A DNA stretch of 63,978 bases, counting the filler, from Choristocarpus tenellus KU-1152 (lineage: Eukaryota; Protista; Phaeophyceae): NCBI GenBank assembly GCA_964200185.2. It is 11 parts of 11 records of this genome, joined end to end, with 100 filler letters (N's around TTAATTAATTAA, not from the genome) between each part and the next. Parts side by side here need not be neighbours in the genome. Positions count along the whole stretch, not along the records: positions 49,262 to 57,090 come from CAXNAD020005523.1; positions 57,191 to 61,076 come from CAXNAD020017370.1; positions 61,177 to 63,978 come from CAXNAD020024627.1; 8 more parts are not named here. One strand, 5' to 3'. Positions 52,422-63,978 of this stretch are shown in pieces (position 1 is the first letter of the stretch; each line of letters opens with the position of its first letter). The translations under genes and the position numbers were made by a program. Under the pieces are notes generated by a model. It searched no databases, was not told where the DNA came from, and worked only from the letters and a program-made list of their open reading frames with translations.

Positions 52422-53602
52422 GATACTTTGTATTATCATATGCTGCATGTAACATCAGGGGAAACCCAATACAGCCTCTCACATGCCACGCAGTAGAGCA
52501 CTTGAATTCTTATGTGACATTCTCGAGTGTACCTGAATGCGGCAGGAGGGTGCTCCATGCTCCGTCCCCATAGCTTCTATTCTCTCAAGGAGCCTGAATG
52601 AGCTGACTGTACACAGGCAACCAAAGACTACACTTCTTCCATTCATCCACGGCGTCTGTTGAGAGGGGAAGAGCAGAAGCGAGGTTTTGGAGAAGAAGTG
52701 TTAATGCAAAAGCAACAAAAAGTGTTAAACATGTATATTTTCTTCAAATGGTACTTAATATCAATAAGAATAAACATTATTACCAGGTGCATTTTTTTTT
52801 TTGAGGGAGGCGTATTTCATCACCAGAATTCTGCCTCACGGTTAACTGATGTTTGAGGGTAGAGGTGGCACTGTTCGACCTCTGCTCTGTAGCTGGGTGC
52901 AGAAGACAAAACGTGGATGCTAAGTGTGCATGTACTTGCCCTAGAGCCTTAGGTCAAGTGCTGTAGCACGTGCCAAAGTTTAGGTAAATCGGCAATCCAT
53001 GATGGGGCGCTGTACATTTCAGCCACTGACTGCCACCTACCGGGACAAGGGTCTCCTCCTGGATGCGATCCTTTTAGAGAGACTTTCATGTAGGAAAAAA
53101 AAAAAATGGAAGAAGGTAGCTAAGAATAACGGCGGCGTAACAGAGAGACCCAAAGTATTTCAGAGGGTGGGGGTTTTGTCCTGTTTTGTCCGTTTGGGGC
53201 TTGGCTTCCCACAGATTTCTTATGCCCTTTTTCGGTTTTATGTGTGAACAAAGTTGCCTATAATATATACGACTATGAAAGGTGTGTCCGGAGCAAGTAT
53301 ATCGACAAAAAATATCGAGAAAAACAAGATTGCAAAAATGAATCAAAATCCCAACATTGAATTATGACCCCGAACAGACACGGCCCTACCCTCTGTTTTT
53401 GATTAGGGTTGGACCAGATAAATAAGAGGAAATCAATACAGTTTAATTGTCATTGAAGAAATGTCATTAGAGAAAGTGAATTAACCACTGGTTGTCATTA
53501 CAGTGTTGTCATTACAAGTTTTATGTATATTTTTTGTTGTGTTCTTGTCGATTGTTTTGCATTGTTTCTAATATAGAAGTCTTTTTTCCGTGGTTGTGGT
53601 TA

Positions 53603-53860
53603 GAGTCAAAGTATCTGAGAGGGTAGAGCTGCGTCCATTCGGGGATCAAAATTCAATGTTGTGATTTTGATTTAATTTTCGCTATCGTGTCTTTAAGAAG
53701 TGTCGATATCCTTATTCTGGACACACCTTTTAATATCATACACATTTTACCTACCCCGAAACACTTGGGGGTAGGTAAATGTTATAAAAAAAACCGTGGA
53801 AAGCCAAGCCGCAAATGGAAAAATATTGGAAAATCCGTACCCTCTAAGATACTCTCACCC
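53603..53860. mobile_element. MITE family B, complete, TSD GTTA
   Basis: gtta|gagtcaaagtatctgagagggta...taccctctaagatactctcaccc|gtta. Confidence 0.92.
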
Positions 53861-55209
53861 GTTACTGTGTTCTATGCATGATATATCCTCTTCTCCAGTC
53901 TCTGTTGTGATAATATGTTTTTTTGCCTTGTCTCCTTTGTATGTCTTATTTTTTGGGGATAGTAATCCCTCAAGACACGACAATGTTTACAACAATAACT
54001 ATTACAAGTTTTATCATTGCAGAACTACCATTAAATGTAACATAACTCTCGCAAGCGCGATTCTTGCCAAGGAATGATCCACGTGAAAAACCTTCTGGAT
54101 GATGCTAATGAGTTCTCATATTGATTGGGAGGCGCGAAAAGTTTGAGATGATGGGCTGTCATGACTAAGGAGGATCACCAGTGCAAAGTCAACCAAGTTG
54201 CATCTGACAGAGTCCATAAAGCCTCGTGAAACTGTCAAAGGGGGTGTTCACTTGGATGCCTAGGACGAAGGCCCCTCGTCATTCGAGCAGCTTGTTCATC
54301 CCATTATTGCCTGTCAGTCCCGATTCTTCAGTGAAGAAGTCTGTCCAGGGTCCAGACTCAAACACTCCCGACAAAGAATAGCGTGGTGGCATGATGCCTG
54401 GAGGCAAGAGGATGCCTTACTCGGATGTCTCGGGCAGCGGCGGCGGCGGTGGCGATCGCAGATGACTTCAGAATTTCCCGAATGACCGTGTTCCATCATC
54501 TGAAGGAGTATGACAGCCAGATCAGAGTGAAGGTATCTTATTAAGAGAGGGTACGAGTTCTGCCCCGTTTGTCCATTTGGGGCTTGGCTTTCCACGTTTT
54601 TTTTTAACGACATTTTACCTACTCCGAAAAGTTTCAGAGTAGGAAAAATGTGTGTACATAATGAAAAGGTGTGTCCGGAAAAGGATATTGACACTTCCTA
54701 ACAAACACGATAGCCAAACTTTACATCAAAATCGCAACATTGGATTTTGGTGCCCAAACGGACGCCGCTCTACCCTCTAAGCTACTTTGACTCTCACACA
54801 GGTCGAAAGCATGGACCTTGTACAACATTGCAAAGGGTGATGTGGCCGCGGTACAAGTATTCTCGACGTTTGGGATGTCCCATTGGCACAATGCATATCC
54901 TTCCGCAAATAGGTGGGCCAAAGCTTGGAGTCTCCCTTGCCTTGTTGTTGGATCTGCGCAAGACCCAAAGTATCTGGTGGGGGGGGGGGGGGGGGCCACC
55001 CCCGGGGCGCCCATTGGGACCAAAATAAAGAAAGGGCAATTTTCTTTACTCACCCAACGGTTCCCCCCAANNNNNNNNNNTCCGACATGACTTAACTAAG
55101 ACCCAAGTATCTGTGGGGGGGGGGGGGTCTACACCAGGGTGTCCATTTGGACCAAAATCAGGAAAAGTGCATTTACATTATCCATCCAACGTATGCCACC
55201 AAATCACCC

Positions 55210-56164
55210 AAGCACGAGAAGGCGAAGAAGGTCAAGTGGCGGATTAAGTCGGTCCTCTCAGACCAGCAGAAAGTCAACAGGGTGGGTTTCGTCATCAGCC
55301 ACACGCACGGGAGGGGGGAAAGTGAGGAATTAGAGGCTGAACTATATGACTGGGTGCTTGCGAACCAGAAGTGGTTTTACGTCCTCATAGATGGGCAAGG
55401 TGTGTGCACCTGAACCCCAAACCTCCATGGGCACAGAGTAAGTGCTACATTACGAAGGTGATGTTCCCTGAAGCTGTGGCCTGCCCTAGGAAGCTCTCCA
55501 ATGGGGTGTGGTTCAATGGGAAAAAATTGGGATTTGGCCCATCATGGACACTAAGGTCGCTCAGCACTCCAACAAACACTGCCCCCCACGGTGGACGGGG
55601 AGAGTTGTAATAAGCTCACAATCGAGGGTGTCATCCTGGCAATCAAGGCCTGCATACCTAGACCAGAAGAACACATCATCTTTGAGCAGCAGTACCGGCA
55701 AAGCTGCACACCAAGGGGAGGATCATGGAGGTAATCGAAGAGGCAGTGGGGGACGACATTGGCGGAGAGACCCAGCCAGTCAACTCCCCTGACCTCAACA
55801 TCAACAACCCAGGATTCTTTCATTCCACCCAGCAACTGAAGGAAGATGTAGGGGTGGCCAACACGGAGGAACCTGGAGGAGCCCACAATGGAGACGTTCG
55901 ATGTGTGCACCTAGGCAGAGCCTTTCCACAGTCTATGGTGAAGTGGTGGGGTCCAAGGGTGACAAAGTGTTCAAAATTCCCGATCTTAGCAAGGAAAAGG
56001 TTGAGAAGGGGTGCAAGCTCCCCCCGAATGCCCCAGTGGATGTGACGAAATACCATGCTGGAATGGATTTTGGGAGGACTTTGGGGTCGGAATCTAAGGT
56101 AGATGTGGGCTGGCCCATTTTGCTTGAGATTTTGGTGGGTAACCTATTAGTGTCTGCACAATAA
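55210..56164 (+). mobile_element. Possible hAT-like transposase remnant
   Basis: KWWGPRVTKCSKFPILARK resembles the hAT C-terminal dimerisation motif WW...FP.LA. The region is intronless with broken frames. Confidence 0.35.
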
Positions 56165-58018
56165 TACACTCATAAAATATAAGCGCTTGAAAAGAAATCT
56201 TGCTTCTTCGTCGGGGCTGCAAACGCTATGTTACATTTAATTCCGAACAGATTAAGTACAATTGCTATCATCAATACTCTGTTGTTCATACATGGTCTTC
56301 ATTGTATATTGCCATTATTATATTCTTATTTGTTTTGTGAAGAGAAGGAACTTTCGATGAATATTTTACTGACAAGAAAGTTTCGATTGACCTGTCGGCA
56401 CATGAGGTGACGCGCGCAAACGCACGCCCGTCACGGAGTGCGCGTGGCGCGGCAGGGTACAAAAATGTCCGCCGTCTGGAATGGGACCTTCTAGAAGCAC
56501 GAAAATTTTACCTACATCTCTTTTCTGTACTACATCTCCATCATCGTGGGCCTGGTCTCCTGGAGTAGTACCTGAGATGGACTATTGTTGTTTATTCACA
56601 TCTCCTTTAAGGACTGAAGAATATGCAGCCGAGGAGTTGACAGTGAAGGCCGAAGTGGATTTTCAAGCATCACAATAATTTTAATACACATCTTCTATCG
56701 GATATCCTACATGGTCATCGCATTCTCAATATATATATATATATGTCGCTGAAGGAGAGAAGGTGCAAACATAGAAGAAGACAACACTAGACAAAACGCA
56801 AACATAGTTTTGAATCGTGAACAGTGACACCCTGTCGTGACAAAGGCATTACAGTATTCGTTATGTGATACAACCGTGCGTCTCTAGATGAACAATAAAA
56901 ATAAACCAAACAACCAAACTTTTCTTTTTTTCAGGTGAGACCTCAGTAATTCTCGATCAATTAGAACTAAAGCTGAATAAACAAAACTGCTGCAATTTGA
57001 AGCACTAGAACATTATTGTATTCCCATCACGGTATTTTATCATCGAAGCATAATATTTCTTGGACCCAAAGTATCTGGGGGGGGAGGGGGNNNNNNNNNN
57101 NNNNNNNNNNNNNNNNNNNNNNNNNNNNNNNNNNTTAATTAATTAANNNNNNNNNNNNNNNNNNNNNNNNNNNNNNNNNNNNNNNNNNNNGGGGGAAGCA
57201 TTTCACTGGAAAGAGCCAGTGCAAGAAATCAATTATCATGGATGGGTTGGGAGCTCAACATTGCGCCGACAAAGTATAATCTATCCTCCTTGCTCTTCTC
57301 TCCTGGCCAGTGGCTCAACTCTTTTCCATAACGATATAGGGTCCTTAAACAGCTAGAAATGTGTGTCTGCTCATGTAGGGAAAACACTATTCTCGAAATG
57401 AAAAGGGGATTGATTCGTTGGGACTCACAGAAGGATGCCGCAACAATGAGTGATCATGCCATCCCCCATCTTGTTCCTCTCCATGGACAAGAGTCGCAAT
57501 AATAATCGAAAACCATTCTTCCACACTGTCTATTTCTGAATGAATCTTTAGCATGAGTACAAGCTACCAACCATCATTGTTCACTTGAAGATATTAGAGA
57601 TTACCCACTACAGCAGTCTCCAAACCCAAATCCCAATGCCATACGAGCACCGAAGAAGAAAAAGAACGCACACCTTTACTGCTATCTTCTCACTTGGCAA
57701 TACATATACATATATGTTGTCTTAACATTGAGAGCGTCTTGTGTGGAAGGACAATCTTCGAGTTGCAGGTGTATCGGTATTTTTTATAACAGTAGTGCTA
57801 CTATATTTTCGAGTCATGGTTTTCCAAGGAACTGTTTTACACACTGTTGTGTTTGATTGAAATAAGACCTTCCGCTTAGATAACAACCACACTACGATCT
57901 ACCCCCCCACGAAAAATATCCAAGAACTAGTGTGATCGGGCACAGAAAGGCGCGGATAGCCCAATCAAAATGAGCGAGTCAAAGCCGACTACATGTATCA
58001 GCTCCATAACTCCCTCAC

Positions 58019-59067
58019 CCCATGCATGGCGAATCCGCACCCAAGGCCGTAGCATACCCTCCCTGACATTAGGACTATCAGGCCCATACTTCCGCCCCAG
58101 TGAGAGGACCCGGAGATGCTCTCCACCAACGAGCCCACCAGGAACAAAATGGCTGCAATGAGTAGCTCACGCCGTCTCCCGAGAGTGTCGCCAATGCGGA
58201 AGCAGATTATGGAACCAACCATGGCCCCTACGTTGCACCAAAGGCAGCAAGGTGGAAACTGCGTGAGAAGAACGAGTTTTGGGCGACGAGCAACCAAGAA
58301 CACTCTCTAGGGCAACACATATGGTTCCTTATTACCAGATTCTTTGCTATCGGCGAGACTGTGACAACTTGCCAGAGCTCATACAATTTATGGGGGGCGT
58401 CCAGATTGCTAGATCTCTTTCGCATTTCTTTTAACCTCTTATCCTTGTCTTCCATCATCTCTTCTGGCCCATCCACCTCATACTCTTGTTCTCACCAAGC
58501 ACCCCGTTGCTGGTAATTAATCCCTGTAGAAAGGAGCTGTCAGCCACCGTGTTATACCATGAAACGCTCGAGTATGTCGATGACTCCAGTTGAGTCAACA
58601 CTGACGACGTTGCTCCTATATCATACCTTCCCAACAATGTACAGGGTCAAATGCATCAGAAAGGTGGGAAACGGATATCGAAGGATGCTTGGGTTGTAAC
58701 ATTGACCAATGTAAACGCGATGCACCATCAATGTTGCACGTAATTCTACCATAATCTGTGGGTGTTACGTTGTCTGGACTGACAAGCGGATCTGAACACC
58801 CGATGAACAGTGAAATGGAAGTGGATTGAAGTGGATACCAGACCAGAGGGGTGGATACTGGGCCAGAGGGTCTCACCCAAACAGCAACCCTCCCAACGCC
58901 GGGAAGAAGAAAACAGAGAACACGGCATACTTTGAGAAGTTTGCTTCGTTGCTCCTGGCAACTTTTCCCGGACCGTATACATCGTTTGGGCCATGCGTGT
59001 CCCTGGACCCTCCCTCCGCACCCAGCAACGAGGTTGTCTCGTTGGATCTCGTGTCGAAGTGGGCCAT
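58019..59067 (-). CDS. MFS sugar porter (D-xylose/H+ symporter-like, VGT-like), 5' part; exons 59067-58877, 58626-58496, 58227-58019
   Basis: Phase-consistent GT-AG exons: ...FFFPALGGLLFG|YDIGATS...GLITSNGVLG|AMVGS...GDTLGRRRELL...GRVCYGLGCGFAMHG. GGLLFGYD and DxxGRR are sugar-porter motifs. Confidence 0.93.
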
Positions 59068-62000
59068 GGCGAGGATCGATCTAGGGATACCAACCCCAGA
59101 TCTACCAGGTAGTAATTCCCTCTCCAGATTGCTTCACTCAAAACCGAAATGTTAGTAGTGATCTTGTTAGGTGTTGTGTTCTCTCTATCTTGTTTACAAG
59201 TATCATTGTACTTCCAAGTACTCTACACAATGTACCATTATATTATATTGGGATGTGATCAAAGACTCGATGTGGACTGTGATTGGCTGGGACTGTTGTC
59301 AATAACTTGACGTGTCCGAAATTAGTGACACCCAAACACGAACACACATCATCACGTTTACAAACAAATTAACTAATTATCTATCTTTCTAAACGTCTAT
59401 ACTACTAATAATACTAATATGGGCGCATCTGTAAAATGTCAGAGGGCATAATACTAATGCCTACACACTATATACCGACAACTGATTATAAACTAAATAA
59501 CTGGACATACCACCAAACGAAATAAAGATTTTTATTTTCCCACAACACTGTTCATGAGTTCGATCACCAGACTCTCTTTTGCTCGACAAATCTTCAACAA
59601 AACACTTCGGTCTTTTACTTGGAAGAAAATCGACCACAAGAAAATTAACGACAAACGTGATCTGGTCCCTTAACGCCATCTCTTACACAGGAGCAATCTT
59701 GGTGAAGAAAACATTACAATATATATTGGAAGAAAATCCACAACAAATAAAATGGGAATTGATGAGTACTCCCATACCAAAAGGGGTAAGGCCATGTGCG
59801 ACACAATAGAGTGGTGTGGTGCAGAGCAGGAGGTCAAGGTATAGGCTGATGAGTGCGATTTTGGCGTGTATTGCTGTTCAGAAGAGGTGAAGGTATGACT
59901 GGGGGAGGCTGTATTTCGGGCGTTTAGTTGTGGGAAAGAGCTACTGGTACCCAAAGAATGTATCTGTCGAAAATAGGTGGAGATATTAATTAGACGAGCG
60001 GTACTCGATGTGTACCACTGTATGGAAGAGGTAAAGCTATACATGGTGTGCTGCATCGTACCCGTAAAACACCGGACAAAGATCATGGTGGAAACTACAG
60101 GCTGGGTCCAGCAGAAGTCTCAAGGGAGGAAACAGAGCGACCAGCAATGGGAATGCTGAAACCAACCAAGGCTCGAGAGGAGCAAGGCAGGAACGGAAGC
60201 AGTACAACTAATCTTTCTGCAACGGTTAGTAGTTTGTTTGAGAAGTAATGCAGCGTGTAGTCCCACTGACCACGAGTCTGGATCATCCCCACCAACAAGA
60301 TAAAAAAAAGGACTAATAATTAGAAGTTTTTATTTATTTTTGTGATGGATGAGGGACGGACGTAATAATCCCTAACACTCAATCTCTCCCTCCTTTCAAG
60401 TCTGCCAGTATTGGATTGGGCGCTGTTTCGAAACAATAAAAGATTTCTTGCAACCTCAAGAGGTCTACCTCTGGTCTTCTACATCAAATGTCCTTCATAT
60501 CACTTAGGGACCTCTCCGTTCAACAACACACTACATTGAACCTCCTCATACACATATGTTCAGGATTGTTTACAATGTTGAACCCAGGTAAACGATCTTA
60601 CTATTAGCAGTGAGCGAAATCAATTGAGAGGTAGGCAGGGTTGCATTTCATGGATCCAGAGAAATGGGGAAAATATCCTATTTTGTACATCTGTAGAAAG
60701 AGCCAGTGTTGAATCGTGGTGTCAAGATATGTGTTAAAAGGGGGAATATAATTTTTGAGTGTGCACTATTGTGCACATAAAGCAATGGAACAGGGTGCAT
60801 TACATAGGGTAAGAAAGATAGCCTAAAGTGTACAAAAGGGTCCAAACCTGCCTACCTCTCAATTGGTTTGACTCAGTATTGCTACAACAACTGATGTACT
60901 AGTCTTGACTCAAAGCATCTGTGGGGGGGGGGGGAGGGTGGCAGTCCATTTGGGGCCAATTTTTTTATGTCGCGATTTTTGGGTGAAGTTGGTTCCATAC
61001 GTTGGATGGATAATACAAGTGCACTTTTCCTGGTTATGGTCCAAATGGACACCCTGGTGTAGACCCCCCCCCCCCCNNNNNNNNNNNNNNNNNNNNNNNN
61101 NNNNNNNNNNNNNNNNNNNNTTAATTAATTAANNNNNNNNNNNNNNNNNNNNNNNNNNNNNNNNNNNNNNNNNNNNGGGGGGGGGGGATTGAAGATTTGC
61201 TGCAGTGTGAATGAAGTGATGTAGTGTGCATCTGCCCCGGTCAACAAGAAAAATAAAATTAATGGGTTTTTCTCTTGTTGAGCAGCGTTTTAAATGGCGT
61301 TTTGGTTAGGTTGGTGATATGATGTGGCTAAGAATGTAACTGTCATTTGGTGATATATGCAGAGCTCATTGTGCCATTTGGGTTGAGTTTAGGGTTAGGG
61401 TTAGGGTTATATACCACTCCACTAACCCCAACCTCTTTGTGGAGTTCCAGAATTTTTGGCATTATTTGGTGACCACTGGACTGTATGTATCTGTTCAAGT
61501 TCTGATTTGAATCATCTTGGAGGTTTTGCACGAGTTTGTATCTCTTTTTTAAACTAGGAGAGGGTAAAGCTGACATATTGAAGATATATATTACCTTTCG
61601 AGGCCACTTTCTGTTGTTATTCACACCACTCAGCTCCAGTGATTCCAGTGAAGAAAATTTACTAGCAGAAGAGATGTTTGGGGGGGGGGGGGGGAGAGAG
61701 AGTCTTGCTCTCCTGCCCCCTGACACTCTTTTCCCCACTCCCCATGTTGCTATTTTTTTTTTCTTAGGGATGGTGCTCACTTGGTTGTCACCAACCTGAT
61801 CTCCCTCTAATTCTCTCTTGTCTCACACAGCTCAATGAGCAACATCAATTTTATTTTTTTAATTTTTGCTACCACAGTTCAGTTGCGTAGGATCTTGTTG
61901 ATCTTGTTTTAAATTTTATTTTTTAAATGTTCTTGTTGAGCAGATTTGAGCATAATGCTACTTCTACTACTACTACTACTAACTACAATAACGATAATAA

Positions 62001-63137
62001 TATGATTTGATGCTTTTCCACTCATTCAAATTACCCTCCCCTCCTCCCTTCCCTCCCCTCCCCCCCCCCCCCTCCCCCCCCCCCCTCCCCCCCCCTCCCA
62101 TAAAACAATTTTGTCATCTTATCACATAATTTTGGCAGGCGATTTTGGTCTTGTACGACAAAATGGGCCGAGGGGGTTTGGAGCCTAGCACCCTCACCAG
62201 GGTAGGCCAGCTGATAGAGAACTTGCAGGTGGGTTGTAGCATATTGCATGGCGGTTGGTTTGAGTTGGTTATGCCCTGTTGTAGCACACCCATTGCAAAG
62301 TGTTTGTACCTGGTGTCTGGATGTTGAATAGAGTATGTGGAATAGAGTGTGTGGAATGGGAATTGGAAAAAAAGAAGTTGAGTCTTTTGTTATCAAGACT
62401 TGATTGATGCTTGAGCTCGCACTTCTCGTCACTGTGTAGAGTTAGGGTTAGATCTCCCTCCGCTTTGTAGTCCACAAGAACGTTGATGGGCTGGACTCTT
62501 TGTCCTCATGATCAGGAATAAATCATACATACATTGGTGTGCTGTTTCCTGAAAGTCACACAAGTACTAACTATGCTGGCAGTTGGGGTGGTGTTAGAGT
62601 CACGAAATCGTTTTTAAGGGGGGTGAGCCCTGGCTCCCTAGTGTGTGTGATGCCATAGTGTTATTCGAGTACAGGTTGTTCAGGAGTTGGTAGAAGAGGT
62701 TTTGTTTTTTGAAATTGGTGGTATGGTGTTTGTCACGAGGTTGGAATCAAGAGAACGTTGGTCCTTGGTTGTTACCCGCCCATGCAAGTTTGGTTCTTAT
62801 GTTTTTTTGGACCTTGGTGAAGATGATGAGCAGGTCAATTGGCCACATCTCATGCAAAGACGATGAGTCCACACCTCGAGTGAGCTTTGTTTTTGCAGTG
62901 TTTTTAGGATGACATGAAGGTATACAGGGTCACTTGCTGCATGAGAGTTAAATAGTGGGAAGGGTGGCAATATGTCCCCCCCCCCCCCCCCCCCCCCCTC
63001 CCTCCCCCCATACCCATGTCGTAGTGATTTTTTTCTCGAAAAAAATTCCTTACCTGGATCTCTGCAACTTAATTTTTTTTTTATTGACTTCATTTTTTTC
63101 TGTGGTAAGGCTCATACATATATAGAGTGTGTGTGTC

Positions 63138-63168
<31 letters not shown>

Positions 63169-63555
63169 TGAGTTACATGCATTGTAAGTATGTCTCTTGT
63201 CACACTCTTAGTTTTATTTCTACAAGTTGATTGGGTGCCGGGTTGGGTGCAGACGGTGTCTTGAATTCTGATCTGACAAGGCTATTAATTAGGCTCCCTT
63301 TTTTTCTCCTTTATTTCTTCAAAAATAAACAATCGCTAGTTACAGTGTGGATGCTTGATTTTAGTCTCCACCGAGATGGTGGTTGACCCTGCGTTCGAGT
63401 AGATGAACAGACTCTCCTCCCCTTGCATTCCCTCGCAGTCACTCTTGCACCCACCTAGATCTCACTGGAGACACCCTCTGAACCTTCCCACCCAACCACA
63501 TCTAGGCTCGCAACATCCCAGCAGCCACAGCTGTCCATCAGGCCCTTGCAGATAC

Positions 63556-63978
63556 CAGCTGGAATAATCACCGGGACTGGCTCAAGGGGATCAAACACTT
63601 TGCCACTCTGGTTTCTCGACGCCTCTGATCTTACAAAGCAGTGCAATGATTGCTCATACCCATGCATAGCTCCCCTGTCTGCATCGTACCTACATGCATC
63701 TGCCTGCTCTGTGTGAGGTATACCTTTCGGTGTCATCTTGAAGGTCGCATACATGTTGCAGGCAGGCGTTTTATTATTTTTTTTCCTTTCTGTGTCCTGG
63801 CATGTGTTTCGGAGAGTGAAGCAAGGGAAAGTGGTAAGGTGAAAGCATTACGAACGGTGATGTGGGTGGACATATTTACACGGCAGTTGATGTAGGGATG
63901 GGGGCAGCTGGAATAATCACCGGGACTGGCTCAAGGGGATCAAACACTTTGCCACTCTGGTTTCTCGACGCCTCTGAT
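63556..63978. repeat. Exact direct repeat of at least 74 bp (63556-63629 and 63905-63978, running off the window)
   Basis: cagctggaataatcaccgggactggctcaaggggatcaaacactttgccactctggtttctcgacgcctctgat appears twice. Confidence 0.92.

Noticed and set aside
13641-59067. A functional gene cluster linking TMEM65, LAS1, DUF1995, DUF1810 and the sugar transporter
   Set aside because: Apart from TMEM65 and LAS1, these genes lie on separate, artificially joined contigs.

Overview
This is eukaryotic nuclear DNA, not one contiguous locus. It consists of 11 short contigs joined by ten artificial 100-bp linkers (N44-TTAATTAATTAA-N44), so neighbourhoods across linkers are meaningless. Spliceosomal GT-AG genes, a bipartite plastid-type presequence and interstitial (CCCTAA)n suggest an ochrophyte, probably a brown alga (inference). 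Genes reconstructed by hand from splice sites: a complete 5-exon TMEM65-like gene head-to-head with a LAS1-like gene (ATGs about 140-180 bp apart), a 6-exon DUF1995 gene with a probable GC-AG intron, the 5' part of an MFS sugar transporter, a probable DUF1810 exon and exons of an unidentified single-pass membrane protein. Most of the rest is transposon debris: a degenerate CRE-like RLE non-LTR retrotransposon with several 3' fragments that share a terminal stem-loop followed by ATAATA, three related MITE families with GAGTCAAA-type termini (4-bp TSDs in two), Ty3/gypsy and copia remnants, solo LTRs, and pseudogenic USP, hAT-like and kinase-like fragments. I cannot demonstrate a wholly new biological system. 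The best leads are the apparently target-biased RLE retroposon and the Sola-like MITE triad.
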